Positions 39,578-48,858 of a DNA stretch of 64,000 bases are shown here, in pieces; within the stretch, counting starts at the first letter, position 1; every line of letters begins with the position of its first letter. Position numbers and translations under genes: made by a program. Below the pieces are notes generated by a model. It did no database searches. It saw only the letters and a program-made list of their open reading frames with translations, and was not told the DNA's origin. The stretch is from the NCBI GenBank assembly GCA_902472945.1, contig CABRQJ010000001.1:1102-65101 (forward strand), read 5' to 3'. This DNA comes from an uncultured Erysipelotrichaceae bacterium (GTDB taxonomy: Bacteria; Bacillota_I; Bacilli_A; Erysipelotrichales; Erysipelotrichaceae).

Positions 39578-39753
39578 GACAACCATTCCAAGACTACCTG
39601 GACAAGATCCAGGCATGTGTGAAGGAACATAATGAAACAAAACTGAGTGACCTCTGCCGGCAAGCATATGCGGACTATTGCAATGGCCTTCTTTCTGAAG
39701 AAGAATACACTAAGATTTACATCCAATGCATGGATTATGCTTATCCAAGATAA
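39574..39753 (+). CDS. Small hypothetical protein (59 aa), translationally coupled to the GH31 gene
   Basis: The ATG overlaps the GH31 stop (ATGA). It is below the ORF-track size cut-off. No recognisable domain. Confidence 0.3.
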   Translation: MRQPFQDYLDKIQACVKEHNETKLSDLCRQAYADYCNGLLSEEEYTKIYIQCMDYAYPR

Positions 39754-39798
39754 TGGCAAAAGCCGTCAGAAAATACAACACTTACAAAAATGAACAAA

Positions 39799-39842
39799 GT
39801 GCCGGAAACCGCATCATTAAGCGGAATCTGGCACTTTTATCA
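39799..39842 (+). terminator. Intrinsic terminator after the MFS-GH31 operon
   Basis: Compound hairpin AGTGCCGGAAACCGC-ATCATTAA-GCGGAATCTGGCACT followed by TTTATCACTTT. Confidence 0.55.
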
Positions 39843-40124
39843 CTTTCAAACTGGCAAAGCTTATCTTACATAATAAGTTGTGGTTAATTCGTCAATTCTT
39901 TACAATATTGCCTCAACAAGTGCATCTATCACCGTGCTTTTGGACTAGTAGTTATTCTTTCCCCTTTGGTCTTAATATGAATATCTCTTTCGGTGTCTGC
40001 GCCACTCCCGATCAGGATAGCATTGTACAGACACATCCAACTTTATTGTCTACATACATATGCATCCAGGACAGAATGGTGTTATTTTATTTCGTATATT
40101 TCATTGTTTTTTCTATTTTCGTAA

Positions 40125-40240
40125 CCATAATTGCATCAAGTATTGCATCTTAATTGCATCTAATTGCATCAATTATTGTGGCTAAAATACGCTTATTTTC
40201 GATAAAATTGCTTCCTAATTGCATCAATAATTGCTTAATT
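40125..40240. repeat. Iteron-like array: about 7 direct copies of (T)AATTGCATC / AATTGCTT at 8-12 bp spacing
   Basis: Sequence ataATTGCATCaagtATTGCATCttAATTGCATCtAATTGCATCaattattg...cctAATTGCATCaatAATTGCTTAATTG. Confidence 0.6.
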
Positions 40241-40282
40241 GTTATCGACTTGCATACCATTTACTACCTCTAGTTTTTCCTA

Positions 40283-40699
40283 TTACATATACTCGTCCTT
40301 CCTTAACTGACGAAGAAGAGATTGAATCTGCCCACGACTATGTGAAGGTAAAACCTGTAACAGTTCATTTAATGGTGTTCCATTCTTTCCGCTCTCTTTA
40401 ATATGCTTAAAAATTAATTCTAAATTAGTGTCTCTATCTAATCCTACAATTCTTGTATTAACTCCAGATTTTCCGATAATACTGTATAGGCTGCGTGCTA
40501 ATACATACTTATTGCGGCTAACATGTTCAACAATTCCAAGTTCTACTAATCTTTTTAATCTTTTTAATCTCAATTGTAAACTTGAAGACAATTTTCTGCC
40601 ATGATATAGTTCATTAATAACCAATAAATCACTGGTTGAAAGAGTCTCTAACTTTTCATCTCCAATTCTTTTAATCAATGAAAGCATTAACCAGTCCAT
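40283..40699 (-). CDS. Small winged-HTH protein resembling the C-terminal DNA-binding domain of AlbA_2/HATPase_c_4 (RecG-C-like) regulators. Possibly a gene remnant
   Basis: 138 aa, with helix-turn-helix-like LVINELYHGRKLSSSLQLRLKRLKRLVELGIVEH. No RBS. It sits in an AT-rich degraded region. Confidence 0.35.
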   Translation of the reverse strand: MDWLMLSLIKRIGDEKLETLSTSDLLVINELYHGRKLSSSLQLRLKRLKRLVELGIVEHVSRNKYVLARSLYSIIGKSGVNTRIVGLDRDTNLELIFKHIKESGKNGTPLNELLQVLPSHSRGQIQSLLRQLRKDEYM

Positions 40700-40799
40700 A
40701 TTCCATCATACTGTGCTTCCAGATCATCAACTAGCGTCAGAATCATCTTAAGATAATAATCACAGATCACCAAAATTGGTTTCAACTCTCGCTCCATTG

Positions 40800-41769
40800 T
40801 TTTTTTTCTTTCCGCAAGGAAAAGGCAACCTAGTAATACTATGTTTCTTTGTTGTCCTGTGCAGCAAAATCAACTTCAAAGGAATCTATTTTTCCTACAT
40901 ATACATCATATCTCTGCGGGGCAATTCCAAATTTACCACATTCTCCAAGATATGCACTGCATCCATTTGTCTTGATTCCAATAGCTTATAGCGAAGTCCA
41001 ATATCCACTACACAATACTTTTCAAGAGATTTAAGGTACTGCTCTCCATTGATGTTATATCGGCTTTGCTTTGCATATTATCTAACTTTCCGACAAATCC
41101 TTCAAATGTTTTTCGACTCGTTTTATGTCCGTCTACCGCCCATCAGAACATTATATCCGCTATCTTTTTAGAAGAACGATGATTTTAGATTGTATCAATT
41201 ACATCCTCAGGACACCTTTCAGCGTCATGATATCTGTGATTTTCTTCCAATTTACAATATCCTAGACAACAATCGTAACGTAAAGCCCATCCAATTAATC
41301 ACGGATTTAGTTCACTGCCCTTATAGTTAAAGGTTATAGGGGAACAAGATGTTTTCCAGATGTTCATTGTATTTTACAACTCAATCTGTCATACTACCTG
41401 TACTCTCCGTGTATTTTTTAAAGATAATGATATTATTTTATTCTGAACACATTGTCCGGAAATCAAAGTAGCAATCTCACTGGAAAGAATATAGGCATTG
41501 GAACCAAGCCTTTCTTTTAAGAATGAATACAACCTCCCGTAATCTGTCAGTTCTTCAAAATGAATTGGAATGGTCCGTTCGTCTTCAATTTCTTGTTCCA
41601 ACAACCATTTATGGCAAATCTTCAGCACACCGGACTTTCCACATCTTGGAATACCAGTAGCACCCTTAAATCGAAAAACAACACTTTCTTGACGACTATT
41701 CAGAAAAAATGTTACATCAGAAGCTTTAAATAATACTGATATATTCAAGCTATGTGTCCAATCATACAC
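40800..41769 (-). pseudogene. Disrupted AAA_14/DUF4143-family ATPase gene. The intact N-terminal P-loop fragment is the 126-aa ORF at 41389..41769; the DUF4143 region downstream is frameshifted and stop-interrupted
   Basis: N-terminal GIPRCGKS P-loop. Minus-strand translation of ~40890..41010 gives YCVVDIGLRYKLL...HILENVVNLELPRRDMMYM*, and in another frame GKIDSFEVDFAAQ. These match the DUF4143 C-terminal signature (D.GL..LL, EN.V..EL.RRG, EVDF) but are broken by stops and frame changes. Confidence 0.5.
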
Positions 41770-41832
41770 AATTTACTAAATACAATAACAGCTGATCTGG
41801 TTTAATTCCCGCAGATTAGTTGCTGATATACA

Positions 41833-44061
41833 TTACTTCTTCCAGTCCAGTATTCTCTTCTTCATACCTTTGATGTCCAGTACACCATAGGCAAAACCTT
41901 TTCTCACAAGTTCTGCTGGTACATACTGGTCATATTTCTCAAAGATGGGCACTTCTTCCGGATAGACAAGGTCTAATGGATCAAATTCCTTTTCTGCTTC
42001 TTCTTTCAGAATCTGGAAGAATTCTTCTTTTGTGACCTGCATGGTGAACTGGATGTAGTATGGTCTTACACTGGTGAGACCTTTCAGGGAAAGCCGCTGC
42101 CCACATTTAATCTTGAGAAACCTCTCCAAAGCAAGAAATGCATAGGAACCAAGCCATGGAAACAACACCCACATCTTTCCACCAAGGTGGATGAGTTCAT
42201 CTTTGTCCATACCTGCCTGATGGAATGTATGTCTTGCGTCCATGAGACGGCATACCGCATGTTTCATAAGATATGGGTAGTTTTTCTCTTCATTGAGCAC
42301 AGCATACATTCTTTCCAATATCCTTGTATGAATATCCCCTGCCACATCACCAAAGTAAGCAGGAATGTTGCCTTTGACAAGTGTACAGTACACAACCCTG
42401 TGTTTATGGTCCACTTCATCTACTACCCAGTCCCTTCCAGCAATGGCAATTTTATCTCCAACTGGTGGCGGTTTGACAATAGTACCAAGTTCTTCAGAAT
42501 CAGCTCTTACACTATATTCCACGTTTTCCTGGAAAACCGCATAGAATTTGTAGTTGTTGACAATTCGTTCCCCCGTTAACCCTGTGATCAGTCCTCCATT
42601 TTCTGTCCGGTTGATGTGATCAATGGACACGAGGTGACGTAATAGTATCTGATAGTCCTCTTTTGTTATATGTTGAAAAGCTGAAAGTGGTAGTACCCTT
42701 GAAGCCAGTTCTGCTGGTGTCATTTCTCCACAGGATGCCAATGTACTCATGGTCTGGTGGTACAAAAGACTATAGGGAAGTCTTTCCATACGCGGTGGTT
42801 CAACAAACCGCTCTTCAATATATAACTGTACTAAGGCAATACCCTGTATCAGATACCAGGGAATCATATCCGGTAACATGGCTCTTGCCTCAGGATGGTC
42901 TTCCCGCATAACAAACCACATTTCTGATGGATCGCCACGCCTTCCGGTTCTGCCCATTCTCTGCAGAAAACCAGATACCGTATACGGTGCATCTATCTGG
43001 AAGGCTCTCTCCAGCCTGCCAATATCAATACCCAGCTCCAGTGTTGCCGTAGCACAGACAGACATCAGGGATTCATCATCCTTCATTTCTTCTTCTGCAC
43101 TTTCCCTGTAAGAAGCAGAAAGATTGCCATGGTGAATGAGAAATCTGTCCGGTTCATGGTTAACTTCACAATATTGTCTGAGATACTGACAAACTGCCTC
43201 ACATTCCTCTCTTGAGTTTGTGAAGATGAGACATTTCTTTCCTCTTGTGTGATTAAAGATATAACCAATTCCTGGATCTGCAGACTCTGGCGCTTTATCG
43301 GTCGGTTCTTCCTGATGGATGGTTTCTGGTATGTCAGTCTTTCCTTCATCTGCCTGTGGACCACTGTTATAGAAGTGCTCCATAGATAACCGCCATATTT
43401 CTTTATCCCCGTCAAAGCGTGGAATGACAGTTTTCCTGTGACTGCCAGCTGATAAAAATTTTCCTGCATCTTCCGGATTGCCTATCGTTGCGGACAGGCC
43501 TATACGCCTTGGATCACATTGTGCAAGACGGCACATTCTTTCAATGAGGCAGAATGTCTGTAAACCTCTGTCTCCTCTTAATAAAGAATGGATTTCATCA
43601 ATGACGATGAAACGCAGATCATGAAACAAAGATGGTATTTCCATGTGTTTGTTAATCATGATAGATTCCAATGATTCCGGGGTAATCTGTAAAATACCCC
43701 TTGGTTTTTTTAACAGTTTCCGCTTCTTTGCAGCATCCGCGTCCCCATGCCACTTTGTGACTGGAATGCCCTGTTCTTCACAAAGTTCATTCATGCGAAG
43801 AAACTGGTCATTAATCAATGCCTTCAGTGGCGCAATATACAATACCCCTACACTATCGGATGGTTCTCCATCCAGCAATGTCAGTATCGGAAAGAAAGCT
43901 GCTTCTGTTTTACCGGAAGCGGTAGAAGCTGTTAACAGGACATTTTCATCGGTATTGAAGATGGCGTCTGCTGCCGCATTCTGTATGCCACGCAATGCCT
44001 TCCATTCCGAGCGATAGATATAGTCCTGGATAAATGGAGCATAGCGTTCAAAGGCATTCAT
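41833..44061 (-). CDS. sngC: SF2 DEAD/DEAH-box helicase (Lhr-like). Candidate Shango SngC
   Basis: Motif I TASTASGKTEAAF, motif II FIVIDEIHSL, motif III LSAT, and motif VI QRMGRTGRRG, with a roughly 300-aa C-terminal extension. The start overlaps the upstream ATPase gene by 4 nt. Confidence 0.8.
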   Translation of the reverse strand: MNAFERYAPFIQDYIYRSEWKALRGIQNAAADAIFNTDENVLLTASTASGKTEAAFFPILTLLDGEPSDSVGVLYIAPLKALINDQFLRMNELCEEQGIPVTKWHGDADAAKKRKLLKKPRGILQITPESLESIMINKHMEIPSLFHDLRFIVIDEIHSLLRGDRGLQTFCLIERMCRLAQCDPRRIGLSATIGNPEDAGKFLSAGSHRKTVIPRFDGDKEIWRLSMEHFYNSGPQADEGKTDIPETIHQEEPTDKAPESADPGIGYIFNHTRGKKCLIFTNSREECEAVCQYLRQYCEVNHEPDRFLIHHGNLSASYRESAEEEMKDDESLMSVCATATLELGIDIGRLERAFQIDAPYTVSGFLQRMGRTGRRGDPSEMWFVMREDHPEARAMLPDMIPWYLIQGIALVQLYIEERFVEPPRMERLPYSLLYHQTMSTLASCGEMTPAELASRVLPLSAFQHITKEDYQILLRHLVSIDHINRTENGGLITGLTGERIVNNYKFYAVFQENVEYSVRADSEELGTIVKPPPVGDKIAIAGRDWVVDEVDHKHRVVYCTLVKGNIPAYFGDVAGDIHTRILERMYAVLNEEKNYPYLMKHAVCRLMDARHTFHQAGMDKDELIHLGGKMWVLFPWLGSYAFLALERFLKIKCGQRLSLKGLTSVRPYYIQFTMQVTKEEFFQILKEEAEKEFDPLDLVYPEEVPIFEKYDQYVPAELVRKGFAYGVLDIKGMKKRILDWKK

Positions 44062-45386
44062 ATCGTAAACTCCGCATACTGGGCATCACTTTCATCCGAT
44101 ACCGCTTCACTTTTAGCATAACTGAAATCATCACTCTGCATCAGTTCTGATACCCCCATAGAAGGATTCTGGTAGAGAAGGTCCGCCAGTTCTATGAAAT
44201 CACGGATGACTTCACGCGGCGTGATATTTTCTTCTGCACCAATTCTTCCATATTCAAGTTTTACAAAATCCGCAAGATCCTCTGTGGAAAGCTTTCGTTC
44301 ATACTGGTACAACCCGGCATGCATATCAGACAGCTTCTCACACAGGATTAACATTTCTTCTGGTGTTAATGGATCAAGGCGGATGACAGGTGATAACAAG
44401 TCACGTGCACCAGGTCTTGAGAACTTGCCTTCCGCAAGTCTTGAACGCAGTGCTTCATAGCTGTAAATACCCCTTCTTTTATCTTCTAATGCCTGTGGGG
44501 TAGAACCCATGATGATACCGAGGTACTTTGCTTTGCCCTGCATGGTGTCGTTATACATGGTCAGTATCTTTTCATAGTTGTACTGGCGGGTGATGGAATT
44601 CGGAATCTTGTACAAATTGACAAGTTCATCGATCATGATCATCATACCGGTATAGCCGGCAAGGCGGAAAAATACCGCAAACAGTTTCAGATATTCATAC
44701 CAGTCATCATCGGTAATGATCATGTTGACACCAAGTTCTTCTTTCGCTTCTCTTTTGAGATTGTATTCACCACGGAACCACCTTGTGACCTTCATCTTTG
44801 TTTCATCATCACCTTCAACATAGGCGTGATAGTACTTTGATAGCAGTATCGCAAATTCAAAGCCATGGACCATTTCACTCAATGCATTGGTTACTGCATA
44901 TATCTTCTGGTCGACGAGTTTTGTCAAAGCAGGGTCACCTATAGAAAAACCACTTTCCTGCACAGCTTCTGTTTGAATCGTATTAATCCATCTGTCGAGT
45001 ACCAGTGTCAAAGCTCCACCTTCTGGTTTAGTCTTTGTGGAAAGGTTGCGGATCAGTTCACGGTATGTAGCCAGCCCCTGGCCACGTGTGCCCTGCAGCC
45101 TTCTTTCCGGAGAAAGGTCCGCATCTACCACAATAAAACCTTTGTCCATGACGTAGTTGCGCAATGTCTGGATGAGGAAGCTCTTGCCAGAACCATATTT
45201 GCCAACAATGAAACGGAAAGAAGCACCACCTTCTGAGATGATGTCCACATCATGTAACAAAGCTGCTATTTCATTCTTTCTGCCTACTGTAATATAGGGA
45301 AGACCAATACGTGGTACTACACCACCTTTTAAAGAATTCAAAACGGTCAATGCAATACGTTTTGGTACATTTCTTTTTTCACTCAT
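44058..45386 (-). CDS. sngB: P-loop NTPase. Candidate Shango SngB
   Basis: Walker A GKYGSGKS and Walker B MIMIDELV. GGGAGGA RBS. It overlaps the upstream gene by 8 nt. Confidence 0.75.
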   Translation of the reverse strand: MSEKRNVPKRIALTVLNSLKGGVVPRIGLPYITVGRKNEIAALLHDVDIISEGGASFRFIVGKYGSGKSFLIQTLRNYVMDKGFIVVDADLSPERRLQGTRGQGLATYRELIRNLSTKTKPEGGALTLVLDRWINTIQTEAVQESGFSIGDPALTKLVDQKIYAVTNALSEMVHGFEFAILLSKYYHAYVEGDDETKMKVTRWFRGEYNLKREAKEELGVNMIITDDDWYEYLKLFAVFFRLAGYTGMMIMIDELVNLYKIPNSITRQYNYEKILTMYNDTMQGKAKYLGIIMGSTPQALEDKRRGIYSYEALRSRLAEGKFSRPGARDLLSPVIRLDPLTPEEMLILCEKLSDMHAGLYQYERKLSTEDLADFVKLEYGRIGAEENITPREVIRDFIELADLLYQNPSMGVSELMQSDDFSYAKSEAVSDESDAQYAEFTI

Positions 45387-47196
45387 AGCGTCCTCCCAAT
45401 AGTTCTTCTACATCTTCACGATACTCTTCCACAAAGGTAATCGTTTCTCCATCGCATTCCAGTATACTATCACCAATTTCATCAAAGAAAGCTTCATTGA
45501 TGGCATCTGTAATCACAGAAGGAAGAAGGTGATGGGCATGTATATATTCCGATACATCCTGACCAGATAGTATTGTCTTCAGAATGAAGAGGTTGTCATC
45601 TTCTGCCTGTTCTACAGTTTCCTTTGTTTCTATTACTTCTTCCACTTCTTCTTTTTCTTCCTCTGTCAGTAATGCCTCACGTGTTATAGCCGCATCATCG
45701 CGGATCTTGTCAAGAAATGCGGAATCGAGATTGACCTTTGGTATATTTCTTTCCAGTTCTTCTTTTCTTTCTTCCGCAAGTGCCTTTTCGACATATGGTG
45801 TAACCCATGCCTCTTCTTCTTTCTTTTTCAATTTATGATAGCCACGCAGGTGTGTCCTTACGACACGGTCGGTTTCATGCAGGATCATCATTGCGATATC
45901 TTTTATTCCATGCATCATAATATTTTCTACTGCCCATTTTCCATCCCTGCAATGATATGTCTCTACTTCATTGTATACATAATCCACATCCGCATGTTTT
46001 TCTACTTCATAGAAAACCGCATTGGAAAATGGTTCCCAGGGCTTCACATCCATTATGGTGACAGAATCTCTGAAATAAGACTGTTTGTCATCTTCAAAAA
46101 TAAGCCTGTACACTCTTGAAGTGATTTTCAGCATATAGTCCTGGTTGGTTTTATATAAAATAGAATTCCCTACATCGCGATACGAAAGATCACTGATTGC
46201 TGAAAAGAGTTCTTCATCTGTGAAATCCTCTGGTCTGCTTGTCACAAGCACAGCATGATTGATTCTCTTATCATATTCATAAGACTGCTTTTTCATGTTA
46301 TTTTGAGAAAGTGTATGGTAGATTGCATAATCCTTTATCCACCTCCCGATTGTGTTGTACTGATTGTACATTGCCCTGGGGCCAAAATAGCGTTCAGCTA
46401 TTACACAAAGTTTCTGATATCCATCCAGGGCATCTTTGACACCAATGCCATTGAGCAGTTCATATATATACATATAGATAAAGGAAGAGCAGGCAGAACG
46501 ATAATTCTTTCTCCTGACCTGCGTACGCCAGGAAAAGTAGCTGATCAGCTGGCTTGTATTGAGATCATGATATGTACAAAAATATCGTGTAAAATTTCCC
46601 TTCCATTCCTTAAAATGTCCATCTTCATAGTCCTCCATGAACTTTGCCTGGTGATAGAAATTACGGGCTTTGGATACATGTAATGGTTCACCCGGGTATT
46701 CTTTATACATGGCTTTCATTTGTGAAATCTTCTCGGGCACTATTCTTTGTGGATGTTGCACAGGATAAGGAGAAGGTGGTACAGGTGTGGAGTGGTAGAT
46801 ATTGGTTTGTCCTTTACGGTTGTTGTCAAGGACAATGGTGTAGCCCTGCTTTCTTTCTTCTTCTACAGCACGATCAAAAAGTCGGCATACAACTTCACAA
46901 TCCGTCATATCATCTATCACAATGCCTATCCAGTTACTGCCCTTCATGAGAAAGGGCATGGTTACATAGCTGTGCAACAGATCATTATATGTTGCTGGTC
47001 CGCATTTGATGTCACAGCGTTCAATGATCTCTCCGGTTTCCTCACTATATTCTTTCATCAGCACTGCCAGCCATTTGCCACTTCTGGCATGGATGACAGA
47101 AACACCAGGCTGGTTACTCCAGCTGGTTTCTTCATATAACTGGTATGTTTCTCTTGCGTATACTGAAAGGTCCTGTAATTCCACAATATCCTCCAC
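45379..47196 (-). CDS. sngA: Large alpha/beta protein with an acidic Glu-rich C-terminal segment. Candidate TerB-N/TerB-C-type Shango SngA (assigned mainly by synteny)
   Basis: 605 aa, first gene of an overlapping three-gene operon with a P-loop ATPase and an SF2 helicase. That is the Shango architecture. The start is GTG at 47196. An alternative GTG at 47184 has a better-placed GGAGGA SD. Confidence 0.55.
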   Translation of the reverse strand: MEDIVELQDLSVYARETYQLYEETSWSNQPGVSVIHARSGKWLAVLMKEYSEETGEIIERCDIKCGPATYNDLLHSYVTMPFLMKGSNWIGIVIDDMTDCEVVCRLFDRAVEEERKQGYTIVLDNNRKGQTNIYHSTPVPPSPYPVQHPQRIVPEKISQMKAMYKEYPGEPLHVSKARNFYHQAKFMEDYEDGHFKEWKGNFTRYFCTYHDLNTSQLISYFSWRTQVRRKNYRSACSSFIYMYIYELLNGIGVKDALDGYQKLCVIAERYFGPRAMYNQYNTIGRWIKDYAIYHTLSQNNMKKQSYEYDKRINHAVLVTSRPEDFTDEELFSAISDLSYRDVGNSILYKTNQDYMLKITSRVYRLIFEDDKQSYFRDSVTIMDVKPWEPFSNAVFYEVEKHADVDYVYNEVETYHCRDGKWAVENIMMHGIKDIAMMILHETDRVVRTHLRGYHKLKKKEEEAWVTPYVEKALAEERKEELERNIPKVNLDSAFLDKIRDDAAITREALLTEEEKEEVEEVIETKETVEQAEDDNLFILKTILSGQDVSEYIHAHHLLPSVITDAINEAFFDEIGDSILECDGETITFVEEYREDVEELLGGRYE

Positions 47197-47211
47197 TGTT
47201 TCCAGTGACTA

Positions 47212-48018
47212 TTATAATGCATGTTTCTGTTTCTGATTGTACACAAGCATGCACAATGACAACACGATCAAAAGAAATCCACTCACAACAAATGGCATAT
47301 TGGAAACAGATACCGATCTTCCTAGTATTGCATTCGTCAAAGAAAGAGATAACCCAGACACAACAAAACCAGACAGGATGACCAATATACCTGTTATAAG
47401 CAAAGCATATGCTGTATGGGAGAGAGGACTATGCTTTGCATAAAGCACAAATAGAAGAATAGAGGCAATGGCTAATATACCGGCAAATACCGGTCGTACC
47501 GTATAGAGATATAACAGGGCTGCCACTTTGATGAATAAACTATGTACACCACTGGTAATACCAGAAATATAGGTATTCATCGCTTCTGTACCATAGTCAA
47601 TACTTTCCATCAAACCTTCTTCATCCACCGTCATATCACAGGCATTCAGTTTCTCAACTGTTCTGTACAACAGCTGTTCTTCTTCCTTAGTAATGTCTGG
47701 TTCTTTAAACAATGTATCAAAGGCAATGCTTTCAGCAGCACTGTCCATATAGACAGCACTGATCTTACGGAATATGCCATCCTCTAACATTTCTTCCTGC
47801 AATGACACACCATCTATATCCACATCATTTTCAGCATAGATGACATCATTCATGCGCAATATATATGCCCTTCCAACATACCACTCTCCAAGAGCAGAAG
47901 AAACACTATAGCGCAAGGCACTCATAACCATTGCCCAAAACAGAAGTATCACTGCTGAAATCACAAACCATGTCCGTTTCATAGCATACATTATACGCGC
48001 ATATTCCTTATCTTTCAA
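47212..48018 (-). CDS. Hypothetical membrane protein (5-6 TM), 15 nt upstream of and co-oriented with the Shango-like cassette
   Basis: N-terminal TM helix, a ~120-aa soluble loop, then 4 C-terminal TM helices. There is no terminator between it and sngA. Confidence 0.65.
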   Translation of the reverse strand: MKDKEYARIMYAMKRTWFVISAVILLFWAMVMSALRYSVSSALGEWYVGRAYILRMNDVIYAENDVDIDGVSLQEEMLEDGIFRKISAVYMDSAAESIAFDTLFKEPDITKEEEQLLYRTVEKLNACDMTVDEEGLMESIDYGTEAMNTYISGITSGVHSLFIKVAALLYLYTVRPVFAGILAIASILLFVLYAKHSPLSHTAYALLITGILVILSGFVVSGLSLSLTNAILGRSVSVSNMPFVVSGFLLIVLSLCMLVYNQKQKHAL

Positions 48019-48089
48019 GTACCATTCCTTTCAGGTATCGCACGTTGTTTCTTCTTCCTGTATAGTGAAGACAGAAAAGGAGTTATGTT

Positions 48090-48797
48090 ATGCAATTTGA
48101 AGGAAAAGTTGTTGTCGTCACCGGTGGTGCACATGGTATTGGAAAATGTATTGCGGAGCAGTTTGAAAAAGAAGGTGCACATGTATGTATGATCGATATA
48201 CGGGAGAATGATTACTTTGTTGGAGATCTTGCGGACAAAGAAACCCTGGAAACATTTGTGAAGAAAGTGATTTCTGACTATGGACATATCGATTATCTCA
48301 TCAACAATGCTTTACCGTTAAACATGGGTATTCATGAAGCAACGTATGAACAATTTGAATATGCATTGAAGGTTGGCATCACCGCTCCATTCTATCTTTC
48401 CAAACTATTTCTGCCCTATTTTGCAAAGCATGCGTCCATCATCAATATCTCTTCATCAAGAGACAGAATGAGCCAGCCAGAAACAGAAAGCTACACCGCA
48501 GCCAAAGGTGGCATATCTGCTTTGACACATGCGATGGCAATGTCCTTAGCCAATACCGTACGTGTCAATTCCATATCACCCGGGTGGATTGATACAAACG
48601 ATACGGTATATGAAGGGTCTGATGCCCTGCAGCAGCCTGTTGGAAGAGTTGGCAATCCACTGGATATTGCCAACATGGTATTGTTTCTCTGTTCAGACAA
48701 AGCTGGTTTTATCACCGGTGAAAACATCTGTATCGATGGTGGTATGACAAAACAGATGATCTACCATGGAGAACATGGATGGACCTATCATCAATAG
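48090..48797 (+). CDS. SDR-family short-chain dehydrogenase/reductase
   Basis: TGGAHGIGK (TGxxxGxG), NNA, and S..Y..AAK catalytic triad context. AAAGGAG RBS. Confidence 0.9.
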   Translation: MQFEGKVVVVTGGAHGIGKCIAEQFEKEGAHVCMIDIRENDYFVGDLADKETLETFVKKVISDYGHIDYLINNALPLNMGIHEATYEQFEYALKVGITAPFYLSKLFLPYFAKHASIINISSSRDRMSQPETESYTAAKGGISALTHAMAMSLANTVRVNSISPGWIDTNDTVYEGSDALQQPVGRVGNPLDIANMVLFLCSDKAGFITGENICIDGGMTKQMIYHGEHGWTYHQ

Positions 48798-48805
48798 CAC
48801 AAGAA

Positions 48806-48833
48806 AAAGAGTTGACCAATTGCAGTCAACTCT
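48806..48833. terminator. Bidirectional intrinsic terminator between the SDR gene and the convergent surface-protein gene
   Basis: AAGAGTTGAC-CAATTGCA-GTCAACTCTT 10-bp stem followed by CTTCATTTTCTG. Confidence 0.75.
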
Positions 48834-48858
48834 TCTTCATTTTCTGAACAAACTGTTA

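Noticed and set aside
40776-41034. Plus-strand ORFs 40776..40991 and 40849..41034 in the island remnant region
   Set aside because: The opposite strand here carries recognisable but frameshifted DUF4143 ATPase sequence. These plus-strand ORFs are therefore antisense artefacts within a pseudogene.
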